Source of the DNA: an uncultured Bacilli bacterium
GTDB taxonomy: Bacteria > Bacillota_I > Bacilli_A > RF39 > UBA660
Direction of reading: 5' to 3'
Assembly: GCA_934162285.1 (NCBI GenBank)
Contig: CAKPHY010000004.1
Coordinates: 542-64,541, forward strand
DNA: 64,000 nucleotides
Shown piece after piece: positions 53,748 to 64,000 of this stretch. The number at the start of each line of letters is the position of its first letter. The stretch's first letter is position 1. Below the pieces are notes generated by a model, which searched no databases, was not told the DNA's origin, and saw only the letters and a program-made list of their open reading frames with translations. Made by a program: the position numbers and the translations under genes.

Positions 53748-55334
53748 ATGAAAGAAGAATTTATAATTTCAATTATATGCTTATTAATATATTTAATATT
53801 TAAAACTAAAAAAGCTTTTCATATGTTACAACAAAATTGGTATGATAAAAGCTATCGTTATTTAAGATGGATGTTTAAAAATTTGAAAAAAGTTTTCTTA
53901 GAAATCGATACTTTAATATTTTTAGTATTAATAATTAATCATTTTTATGCATTTAAACATCTAACATATATATTTGGTATATTATATTTATTATTTACAA
54001 TCGTATTTGTTTATAAATCTAAAAAAGAACAAGTAAAAAAAGCAATTGTATATACTGCAAGAATTAAAAGATTAACTCTTACGATGTTAATAATTTATCT
54101 AATTCCCTTAATTATAATATTGAGTAATTTTCAAGTTCAAAAATTAGCTAACTATTATTTAATGTTTAGTATTATGGCTTATTTAAACTATTTTCTAGTT
54201 TTAATAGCTAATAGAATAAATATGCCGATTGAAAAAATGGTTTATTTTTACTATTTAAATAAAGCTAAAACTAAATTAGCGTCAATGCCTAATTTAAAAA
54301 TAATTGGTATAACTGGTAGTTATGGTAAAACCACTAGTAAAAATATTTTAAATGATATTTTAAGTACAGAATTCAATACTTTAGCTAGTCCTTTAAACTA
54401 TAATACTCCTTATGGATTAATGCGAACAGTTAATAATTATTTAGATAAGTTCACAGATATTTTTATTGCTGAAATGAGTACTTCTAAAAAAGGTGATATT
54501 CGTAAACTTGCTAAAATATTCAAGCCTCAATATGCAATATTAACTAAAATTGGAGTTGCTCATTTAGAAACATTAGGTAGTCAAGAAAATATTCAAAAAG
54601 AAAAATTTAGTTTAATAGAATCATTACCTGAAAATGGTATTGCTGTTTTAAATAAAGATGATGAATGGCAAGTTAATTATAAAATAAAAAATAACTGTCG
54701 TGTTATATGGGTCGGAATTGATAATGATGCTGATATTCGTGCAACTAATATAAAACTATCGCATGAAGGAAGTACTTTTGACTGTATTATTAAAGGTCAA
54801 AAATATCATTTTACAACTAAACTTTTGGGTAAAACTAATATATATAATATATTAGCAGCTATTGCCTTAGGTGTTGAATTTGGTATTGAAAATGACAAAT
54901 TAGAAATGGCAGTTAGAAGAGTAAAACCAACGGAGCATCGCCTAGAATTAAAAAAATATAAAAATATTAATATAATTGATGATGCTTATAACTCTAATCC
55001 TATTGGTTCAAAAATGGCAGTAGAAGTTCTTGGATTAATGCCAGGTAAAAAAATAATTGTTACACCTGGTATGGTTGATCTTGGTGAAAAACAAGAAGAA
55101 TTAAATAAACAATTTGGTGAATATATTGCTTCTGTTGCTGATGAAGTAATATTAGTAGGAGCCAAAATAACGAAACCAATTTATGAAGGTTTAAAAAATA
55201 AAAAATATAATGAAAAACAAATTCATGTTATTGATGATGTTAAATTAGCATTTAGTTTGATGGAAAAACTTCAAGGAGAAGAAACTTATGTTTTACTTGA
55301 AAACGATTTGCCAGACATCTTTAACGAAAAATAG
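53748..55334 (+). CDS. murF: MurF-like Mur ligase whose N-terminal domain is replaced by about 170 aa of TM helices
   Basis: P-loop GITGSYGKTTSKNIL, IAEMSTSKKGDI, TKIGVAHLETLGSQENIQKEK, DDAYNSNP (MurF-type). Residues 1-170 form about 5 hydrophobic segments. ddl follows 9 nt downstream. Confidence 0.7.
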   Translation: MKEEFIISIICLLIYLIFKTKKAFHMLQQNWYDKSYRYLRWMFKNLKKVFLEIDTLIFLVLIINHFYAFKHLTYIFGILYLLFTIVFVYKSKKEQVKKAIVYTARIKRLTLTMLIIYLIPLIIILSNFQVQKLANYYLMFSIMAYLNYFLVLIANRINMPIEKMVYFYYLNKAKTKLASMPNLKIIGITGSYGKTTSKNILNDILSTEFNTLASPLNYNTPYGLMRTVNNYLDKFTDIFIAEMSTSKKGDIRKLAKIFKPQYAILTKIGVAHLETLGSQENIQKEKFSLIESLPENGIAVLNKDDEWQVNYKIKNNCRVIWVGIDNDADIRATNIKLSHEGSTFDCIIKGQKYHFTTKLLGKTNIYNILAAIALGVEFGIENDKLEMAVRRVKPTEHRLELKKYKNINIIDDAYNSNPIGSKMAVEVLGLMPGKKIIVTPGMVDLGEKQEELNKQFGEYIASVADEVILVGAKITKPIYEGLKNKKYNEKQIHVIDDVKLAFSLMEKLQGEETYVLLENDLPDIFNEK

Positions 55335-55343
55335 GAGGAATTT

Positions 55344-56531
55344 ATGAAAATTAAAGTAGGTGTAATATTTGGTGGAGAAACAGTTGAACATGAAGTAAGT
55401 ATTATTTCAGCTGTTCAAGCTATGAAACATATAAATGAAGAAAAGTATGAGATTGTTCCCATTTATATGGCTAAAGATCGTACTTGGTATACGGGAAATA
55501 TGTTAAAAGATATTGATGTATATCGTGATTTTGATTCTTTAAAAAAGTATGCTAAAAAAGTTGTTTTAACTAAAAAGAATAATCAATATATTTTACAAAA
55601 AATAGATGGTCTTTTTAGAAAAGAAGTAACAGATATCGATGTTATGTTACCAATTGTTCATGGTCATGGTGCTGAAGATGGAACTTTACAAGGATATTTT
55701 GAAACTTTAGGTGTACCATATGTTGGATCAAATGTTTTAGGTTCAGCATTAGGTCAAGATAAAGTAGTAATGAAACAAGTAATGAAAGAAGAAAATCTTC
55801 CTATTGTTGATTATGTTTGGTTTTTTGATACTGAATATGAAATGAATCATGAAGAAATTAATAAGAAGATTAGTAAAATGGGCTTTCCAGTTGTTGTAAA
55901 ACCAGCAACATTAGGTAGTAGTGTTGGTATTTCTTTTGTAAAAAAAGAAGAAGAATTAGAAGATGCTATTGCTGAAGCTATAACTTATGATTCTAAAATT
56001 GTTGTAGAAAAAGCTGTTCAAAATATGGTTGAAGTAAATGCTAGTGTTATTGGCAATTATGAATTTCAAGAAGTAAGTGTCTTGGAAGAAGTAATGGGTG
56101 CTGATGAATTCTTGAGCTATCGTGATAAATATCTTGGTGGTGGTAAAGTAAAAGGTGCTTCTAAAGGAATGGCTTCAACTAATAGAATTGTTCCAGCTCG
56201 TTTAGATGAAGCAACTACTAAAGAAGTAGGCGAAATAGCTAAGAAAGTATTTAGAACATTAAATTTAAATGGTGTTTGTCGTATTGACTTCCTTATTGAT
56301 AAAAAAGCTAATAAGATATATGTTAATGAACCAAATACTATTCCTGGGTCTTTATCATTCTATCTATGGGATAAATGTGGCAAAGATTATACAAAACTAT
56401 TAGATGAAATAATTACTTTAGGTTTAAGAAGATATAAAGCAGAAAGCAAAAAAGTTCGTTCTTTTGAAAGTAACATTTTAAGCAATTTTGCTGGAGCTAA
56501 AGGTGTTAAAGGTGTAAAAGGAGTAAAATAA
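55344..56531 (+). CDS. ddl: D-alanine--D-alanine ligase
   Basis: N-terminal GG.S.EHEVS, ATP-grasp blocks (PVVVKPA..GSSVGI, E.N..PG). 395 aa with a (GVK)3 tail. Confidence 0.88.
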   Translation: MKIKVGVIFGGETVEHEVSIISAVQAMKHINEEKYEIVPIYMAKDRTWYTGNMLKDIDVYRDFDSLKKYAKKVVLTKKNNQYILQKIDGLFRKEVTDIDVMLPIVHGHGAEDGTLQGYFETLGVPYVGSNVLGSALGQDKVVMKQVMKEENLPIVDYVWFFDTEYEMNHEEINKKISKMGFPVVVKPATLGSSVGISFVKKEEELEDAIAEAITYDSKIVVEKAVQNMVEVNASVIGNYEFQEVSVLEEVMGADEFLSYRDKYLGGGKVKGASKGMASTNRIVPARLDEATTKEVGEIAKKVFRTLNLNGVCRIDFLIDKKANKIYVNEPNTIPGSLSFYLWDKCGKDYTKLLDEIITLGLRRYKAESKKVRSFESNILSNFAGAKGVKGVKGVK

Positions 56532-56552
56532 GCATTTGCTTATTTTTTCTAA

Positions 56553-58790
<2,238 letters not shown>

Positions 58791-58794
58791 GAAA

Positions 58795-59844
58795 ATGAAA
58801 AAGATAATTTTAACAGGGGAAAGACCAACCGGACCATTACATATAGGACATTATGTTGGTTCAATTAGAAATCGTGTAAAGATTCAAAATAGTGGTGATT
58901 ATGATGAAATGTATTTATTTGCAGCAGATGCACAAGCATTAACTGATAATTTTGATAATCCTAAGAAAGTACGTGATAATGTTTTTGAAGTTGCATTAGA
59001 TAATTTAGCATGTGGAATAGATCCAAATAAAGTAAATTATTTTATACAATCAGAAGTTCCAGAATTAACAGAGCTTACTTTTTATTATATGAATTTAGTT
59101 ACAGTATCACGATTATATCGAAACCCTACCGTAAAGGAAGAAATAAAGTTGCGTGGTTTTGAAGAGAGTATTCCTGCAGGATTCTTTACTTATCCCGTAA
59201 GTCAAACTGCTGATATAACAGCTTTCAAAGCAACGATTGTTCCTGTTGGGGAAGATCAATTACCTATGCTAGAACAAGCTCGTGAAATTGTTAGAAAATT
59301 TAATAATATTTATGGTGAAACACTAGTTGAACCTAAAGAATTATTACCAGAAAATTTAAATGAAAGAAGATTAGTAGGAATTGATGGTAATGCCAAGATG
59401 AGCAAATCATTAGGTAATTGTATTTATTTAAAAGATAGTGCTGAAGAAGTTAGAAAAAAAGTATTTGCAATGTATACAGATCCTGATCATATTCGTGTTG
59501 ATGATCCGGGAAAAGTAGAGGGTAATGTTGTTTTTACTTATTTAGATGTTTTTTGTAAAGAAGATTCTTTTAGTAAATACTTACCAGAATATAAAAATTT
59601 AGAAGAACTAAAAGAACATTATCGTCATGGTGGCTTAGGTGATGTTAAAATTAAAAAGTTCTTATATGAAGTGTTAGAAGAAGAATTAAAACCAATTCGT
59701 GAACGTCGTGAAGAATTAGCTAAGAATCCTGAATATGTATATCAAGTTTTAAGAGAAGGAACTAGAAAAGCTCGTGAAAAAGCTACTGAAACTTTAAAAG
59801 AAGTAAAAAAAGCGATGTTATTAGATTATTTTGAAGAGCAATAA
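58795..59844 (+). CDS. trpS: tryptophan--tRNA ligase
   Basis: HIGH (LHIGHYVG), KMSKS (AKMSKSLGN). Start at the ATG after TAGGAGGG; the track ORF extends upstream through the leader. Confidence 0.9.
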   Translation: MKKIILTGERPTGPLHIGHYVGSIRNRVKIQNSGDYDEMYLFAADAQALTDNFDNPKKVRDNVFEVALDNLACGIDPNKVNYFIQSEVPELTELTFYYMNLVTVSRLYRNPTVKEEIKLRGFEESIPAGFFTYPVSQTADITAFKATIVPVGEDQLPMLEQAREIVRKFNNIYGETLVEPKELLPENLNERRLVGIDGNAKMSKSLGNCIYLKDSAEEVRKKVFAMYTDPDHIRVDDPGKVEGNVVFTYLDVFCKEDSFSKYLPEYKNLEELKEHYRHGGLGDVKIKKFLYEVLEEELKPIRERREELAKNPEYVYQVLREGTRKAREKATETLKEVKKAMLLDYFEEQ

Positions 59845-59911
59845 TGTTTGCTCTTTTCATTTACAAAAGTATTAAATCTATATATAATAATCTTATAAGG
59901 AGATGATACAA

Positions 59912-60559
59912 ATGGAAATTATTGTTCAAGGTAAAGGAACTAAATATATCAAACCCAATGAAGTGATTTTAAATCTTACATTTACTAATAAAGCTAAAAC
60001 TTATGATGTAGCATTAAGTGATGGCATTAGAAATGTTAATTATTTTGTCGAAGAAATTTTAATTAAAAATGGTTTTTCCAAAGATGAATTAAAAACAAGA
60101 AGTTTTGTTATTAATGAAGAGAAAAAGTATGATGAAAAAATGAGAGAATATATTGATGCTGGCTATTCATTTAATCAAGTAGCAACACTTAAATTTGATT
60201 ATAATATGGAATTGTTATCAAGATTAATATTAGCAATATCAGAAATGACTATTGCTCCTACATATTACATAAAATTTGGTGTTAAAGATGAAGAAGAGTG
60301 TCGTAATGAAGTATTAGCAAAAGCTTATCAGAATGCATATAACCAAGCTTTAGCTATAGCAGCTTCAGCTAGTAAAAACTTAAGGTACTGCCAAAAAGTA
60401 GATTTTCAACCTATATCAAATAACTATTATTCTCCTGCAGAATTTTCATCTAGTTTTATGCGAACTAAAGCTATTAACAATGATATGATTATAAATAGCT
60501 TTACTCCAGAAGATATTGAAATATCTGAAACGTTATATTGTTCATGGATTGCTGATTAG
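59912..60559 (+). CDS. SIMPL (DUF541) domain protein
   Basis: The pattern V.G.G.....P......L......A.....A (IIVQGKGTKYIKPNEVILNLTF..) and length fit the SIMPL family. No signal peptide. Confidence 0.5.
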   Translation: MEIIVQGKGTKYIKPNEVILNLTFTNKAKTYDVALSDGIRNVNYFVEEILIKNGFSKDELKTRSFVINEEKKYDEKMREYIDAGYSFNQVATLKFDYNMELLSRLILAISEMTIAPTYYIKFGVKDEEECRNEVLAKAYQNAYNQALAIAASASKNLRYCQKVDFQPISNNYYSPAEFSSSFMRTKAINNDMIINSFTPEDIEISETLYCSWIAD

Positions 60560-60560
60560 A

Positions 60561-60592
60561 AGACTTATTTTATCAAAATAGGTCTTTTTCTA
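60561..60592 (+). terminator. intrinsic terminator
   Basis: AGACTTATTTT-atc-AAAATAGGTCT (one G.U pair) followed by TTTT. Confidence 0.75.
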
Positions 60593-60596
60593 ATTT

Positions 60597-60628
60597 TTGT
60601 TAAATTTATACAATAATAAATTTAACAA
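60597..60628. repeat. perfect 13-bp inverted repeat with 6-nt spacer
   Basis: TTGTTAAATTTAT-acaata-ATAAATTTAACAA, checked base by base. Confidence 0.9.
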
Positions 60629-60858
60629 AAAGAGAATTTATTTTGAAACTAGTATTTTTGATCTTATACTTATTAGTAGAGTAACTAAGTAATATTAAAA
60701 GAAATTAAAACTATAATAATTACTTAATGTTTATAGTTGAAGAAAAAAACAACAAAAAATTGCTTTATATCATAATAAGTATTATTATATTAACATGCTT
60801 AAAAGACTTTTTCTTCTAAATAAGAAAAATCAAAATAAAATAGATTAAGGTGAAAAAA

Positions 60859-61665
60859 ATGGCTAAAAATCGTATATCAAAAATGTATCGTGAAACTAAA
60901 AAAAGTGTTTTTTTAGTTTATTTAATTCTTAGAATTTTAGTTTTATTATGTATAATAATTCAAATTACTAATAAAAATTGGAATAATGTATTTTACTGTG
61001 TAATGGCATTAATTCTTTTTACTTTACCATATTTTGTTAGTAAAAACTTTAAAATAGGCATACCTAATCTTTTAGAAATAATAATTATGGTATTTATATT
61101 TTCAGCAATGATACTTGGAGAAGTAAATCGCTTTTATTTAACCATTCCACATTTCGATACCATTTTGCATACGATTAATGGTTTTATATGTTGTGCTATT
61201 GGCTTTAGTTTAGTTGATTTGTTAAATGATAATGTAGAATCATTTAATTTGAATCCTTTTTTTAGAGTAATGTTTGCTTTTTGTTTTTCTATGACCATAG
61301 GAGTATTATGGGAATTTCTTGAGTTTGGTTGTGATAAATTTTTTAAAAGTGACATGCAAAAAGATACATATATTAAACAAATAGCCTCTGTTGATTTAAA
61401 TAAAGATAAAATAAACAAATCCGTTATTTTAAATGATATTGAAGAAGTTACTATAAAATATAATGGTGATCAAGTAATAACTTTAGATGGCTATTTAGAT
61501 ATCGGTTTATATGATACTATGAAAGATTTATTAGTGAATTTTCTTGGTGCTATTGTCTTTGGAATTATAGAATGGTTCTATTTCAACAATAAAGACAAGC
61601 TAAAATTTACAGAACAATTATTCTTGTATAAAAATGCTACTGAAAATAGTCAAAAAGCATCTTAA
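60859..61665 (+). CDS. polytopic membrane protein, function unknown
   Basis: About 6 hydrophobic segments. SD GGTGA precedes the ATG at 60859; the track start at 60850 is a GTG inside the SD. Confidence 0.5.
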   Translation: MAKNRISKMYRETKKSVFLVYLILRILVLLCIIIQITNKNWNNVFYCVMALILFTLPYFVSKNFKIGIPNLLEIIIMVFIFSAMILGEVNRFYLTIPHFDTILHTINGFICCAIGFSLVDLLNDNVESFNLNPFFRVMFAFCFSMTIGVLWEFLEFGCDKFFKSDMQKDTYIKQIASVDLNKDKINKSVILNDIEEVTIKYNGDQVITLDGYLDIGLYDTMKDLLVNFLGAIVFGIIEWFYFNNKDKLKFTEQLFLYKNATENSQKAS

Positions 61666-61722
61666 AATAGGTAGTGCCACTGATAATATTTTGGTTATAA
61701 TGACGGTAGAGGTGAAGAAAAT

Positions 61723-63108
61723 ATGAAGTTTTGTGATAAACTTTCAAAATTAAGAAAAGACAACAATCTAAGTCAAGAACAATTGGCAGAGAAACTTGAT
61801 ATGTCCCGTCAAGCAATATCCAAATGGGAATCAGGAGCATCTTATCCGGATATGGCAACAATTATGAAATTATGCAAAATACTTAATTGTAGTTTAGATG
61901 ATTTAGTTGATGATGATGCAACAGGAAATAAAGATAACAAAAAGACTCAAAAAATAACGCCAGAAAGTATATTAAAAGATTTTCTAGCTTATATTACTAA
62001 AACTTATAATATGTTTATAAGCATGAATTTGAAAGAAAAAATAAAATGTATTTTTGAAATGATTTTTATTATTTTTATTTTAACATTACTAGGAATAATG
62101 CTTGATAATGTTGGACGTGATCTATTAAGTAAATTAATATATTTATTGCCATATGATGCAAGAATAATGGTAATAAATATATTAAATGTAATATTTGCTA
62201 TATTATATATTGTTTTATCAACAATTATTGTTTTACATTTATTTAAAATCAGATATTTAGACTATTATGTTGTAATAGAAGATAAAAATGTTACCAAGAA
62301 AACAATAGAAAAACCTGTTGAAATAAAAGAAATAAAAGATCAAGAAAAAATAATAATAAGAGAACCTAAACATCAAAATTACTCTATTTTTAATGGTTTA
62401 TTTAATTTAATAATTTCAATTTTAAAAACATTTTTAATATTTTTATTAATACCATTAATATTAAGTTTTATTGCTTTAGTCATATGTTTAGTAATTGTTT
62501 TTTCAGTTTTAAAATTTATACCATTATCATTCTATTTAATGATTTTAATAATTGGTTTTATTCTTTTAACCCTAATTTTTATTAAAGGTTTTTATAAACT
62601 TATATTTAATCAAAAATTAAATTTTAAATTGTTCTTTATTTTATTTATAGTATCTTTATCTTTAATCGGTATTGGTTGTGGCACAACTATTGTAGATATT
62701 TCTAATTTTAAACCTAAAACTATCAAATCAGAATATCAAATAACAAAAGAAAAACTTGATATGCAAGATAATTTAACTCTAGAGTTTTTTAAAGATCAAA
62801 ATGTAACTGTTGTTGTCAATAACAGTTTAAAAGATGTAGAATTAGAAATAAAATCATCACCAAATATTGAATACTATATTTATAGTCGTTATGTACCTTT
62901 TAAAAATAAAAATTATTTATACTATAATATAAGCTATTATAATAGTTATGATTCTTATGAAAAATTTTTAAAATATAAAGATCAATTTATTGAAGGAATT
63001 AAAAATCATGAAATAGTTGTTTATGATAAAATATTTGAAATTACTATAAATGTTTCTGAAAAAAATTATAATATTTTAAAAGAAAATTATAAGTTATTAA
63101 ACTACTAG
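61723..63108 (+). CDS. XRE-family helix-turn-helix protein fused to a multi-TM region and an extracytoplasmic C-terminal domain
   Basis: LSKLRKDNNLSQEQLAEKLDMSRQAISKWESG (Cro/C1 HTH), followed by about 5 hydrophobic segments. Confidence 0.75.
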   Translation: MKFCDKLSKLRKDNNLSQEQLAEKLDMSRQAISKWESGASYPDMATIMKLCKILNCSLDDLVDDDATGNKDNKKTQKITPESILKDFLAYITKTYNMFISMNLKEKIKCIFEMIFIIFILTLLGIMLDNVGRDLLSKLIYLLPYDARIMVINILNVIFAILYIVLSTIIVLHLFKIRYLDYYVVIEDKNVTKKTIEKPVEIKEIKDQEKIIIREPKHQNYSIFNGLFNLIISILKTFLIFLLIPLILSFIALVICLVIVFSVLKFIPLSFYLMILIIGFILLTLIFIKGFYKLIFNQKLNFKLFFILFIVSLSLIGIGCGTTIVDISNFKPKTIKSEYQITKEKLDMQDNLTLEFFKDQNVTVVVNNSLKDVELEIKSSPNIEYYIYSRYVPFKNKNYLYYNISYYNSYDSYEKFLKYKDQFIEGIKNHEIVVYDKIFEITINVSEKNYNILKENYKLLNY

Positions 63109-63163
63109 TTTTTAGTAGTTTTTTAATGTATAATGGTAATACACATATAAGGGGTGATTAATT

Positions 63164-63589
63164 ATGGAAACTAAAAGATATATTTTAGCTATTTTAGGTG
63201 GCATTTTAGGAGGCTTGATCGCAAGTATTCCTTGGCTATGTTTGTTAATTTTTGGTAGTGTTTCTTTGTCAATTTTAGCATTTTTAATTCCGATGGGCGT
63301 AAACTATGGTTACCGTAAATGTAAAGGTAGAGTTAATAAAAAATTACCAAATATTACAATATTTACTAGTATTATCGTCTTTCTAATAATTATTTTATTA
63401 GTATTACCAATCTGGGAACTAGTTTTATTAGAATTACCAATATCTTTTAAAACTATCAAAGAAACAATTTTTTCTATCAGTTATTGGCGTGACTATGGAA
63501 GAATAATTATTATTGCTTTTGTTTTTTTAATAAGTGGTGTTATTAAAACTGTAAATGATATTAAACACGAAATTGGACTATATTATTGA
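63164..63589 (+). CDS. small membrane protein
   Basis: 4 hydrophobic segments. SD GGGGTGAT. Confidence 0.45.
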   Translation: METKRYILAILGGILGGLIASIPWLCLLIFGSVSLSILAFLIPMGVNYGYRKCKGRVNKKLPNITIFTSIIVFLIIILLVLPIWELVLLELPISFKTIKETIFSISYWRDYGRIIIIAFVFLISGVIKTVNDIKHEIGLYY

Positions 63590-63596
63590 GGTGAAT

Positions 63597-64000
63597 TATG
63601 CAACGATACTTTGCTATTGATCAAAAAGAAAATGAATTTATTTTAGAAAAAGATGATTATTATCATATAAAAACAGTTATGCGTATGAAACCAAATGAAA
63701 AAGTAGAAGTTGTCTATATAGGTAAAACATACATAGCTAATATTAATAATGATTATAAAATTATGTTTGAAAAAGAAATATTAGAAGATCAGGATCTAAT
63801 CTATAAAAGATTGATGATTCCTCTTTTAAAAGAACAAAAAATGGATTTTATTTTGCAAAAAGCAACTGAATTAGGAGTTAATGAAATAGTTCTTTACAAA
63901 TCTAAACGTTCCATAATTCCTTTTGAAGTTTGTAAAGAAAAACGTAAAATGGAAAGATGGCTAAAAATATGTAAAGAAGCTAGTGAACAATCTAAAAGAC
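63597..64000 (+). CDS. rsmE: 16S rRNA (uracil1498-N3)-methyltransferase RsmE (5' part; runs off the right edge)
   Basis: Manual translation MQRYFAIDQKENEFILEKDDYYHIKTVMRMK...LQKATELGVNEIVLYKSKRS...RWLKICKEASEQSKR matches RsmE hallmarks (MQRYF, QKATELGV, EA.EQS.R). Confidence 0.8.

Noticed and set aside
56497-56531. (GVK)3 tandem repeat at the C-terminus of Ddl.
   Set aside because: It is a short, imperfect repeat at the DNA level (ggtgttaaa ggtgtaaaa ggagtaaaa) in a disordered tail, with no evidence of function or instability.

Overview
Very AT-rich bacterial chromosome segment (by eye about 25-30% G+C) that uses the standard genetic code. TGA and TAG both act as stops in front of well-spaced downstream starts. 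It looks like a low-GC Bacillota genome: T-box leaders on valS and trpS, yunB/yutD sporulation-associated genes, murF-ddl, pcrA and ligA. Most genes are + strand housekeeping: pcrA, alr, tRNA-Asn, valS, a short rel, nrdD/nrdG, rlmD, murF-like, ddl, ligA, trpS, rsmE. Three unstable or accessory patches interrupt them. (i) 5.9-11.7 kb is a minus-strand array of TasA/camelysin-like secreted-protein paralogues plus an 803-aa Ig-repeat surface protein. It carries collapsed ghost copies, and (AT)9 tracts fill the -35/-10 promoter spacers of two paralogues, which makes them candidate phase-variation switches. (ii) 21.0-30.7 kb lies between valS and rel and is bounded by a truncated ISAs1-type and an internally deleted IS30-type transposase gene. 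It carries lemA/DUF2207, a frameshifted zinc-ribbon/BspA-LRR membrane protein, and a radical SAM/SPASM enzyme translationally coupled to a 120-aa protein ending GG-SSS-N13-R, whose tail sits just after a G7 tract. (iii) 50.1-52.4 kb is a patch of decayed genes (RhuM, VanZ, MerR). Other points worth a second look: nrdD is cut by one in-frame TAG, so its glycyl-radical domain is a separate 54-aa ORF coupled to nrdG; three tandem large surface proteins (43.0-48.7 kb) share a scaffold with the 803-aa protein but carry different C-terminal hydrolase domains; rel lacks the C-terminal regulatory half and is preceded by a leader ORF spanning a terminator hairpin; the MurF-like ligase has a polytopic membrane N-terminus. 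No rRNA genes or CRISPR arrays were seen. All product calls come from motif recognition in the supplied translations and manual reading of the DNA. No database search or folding calculation was possible.
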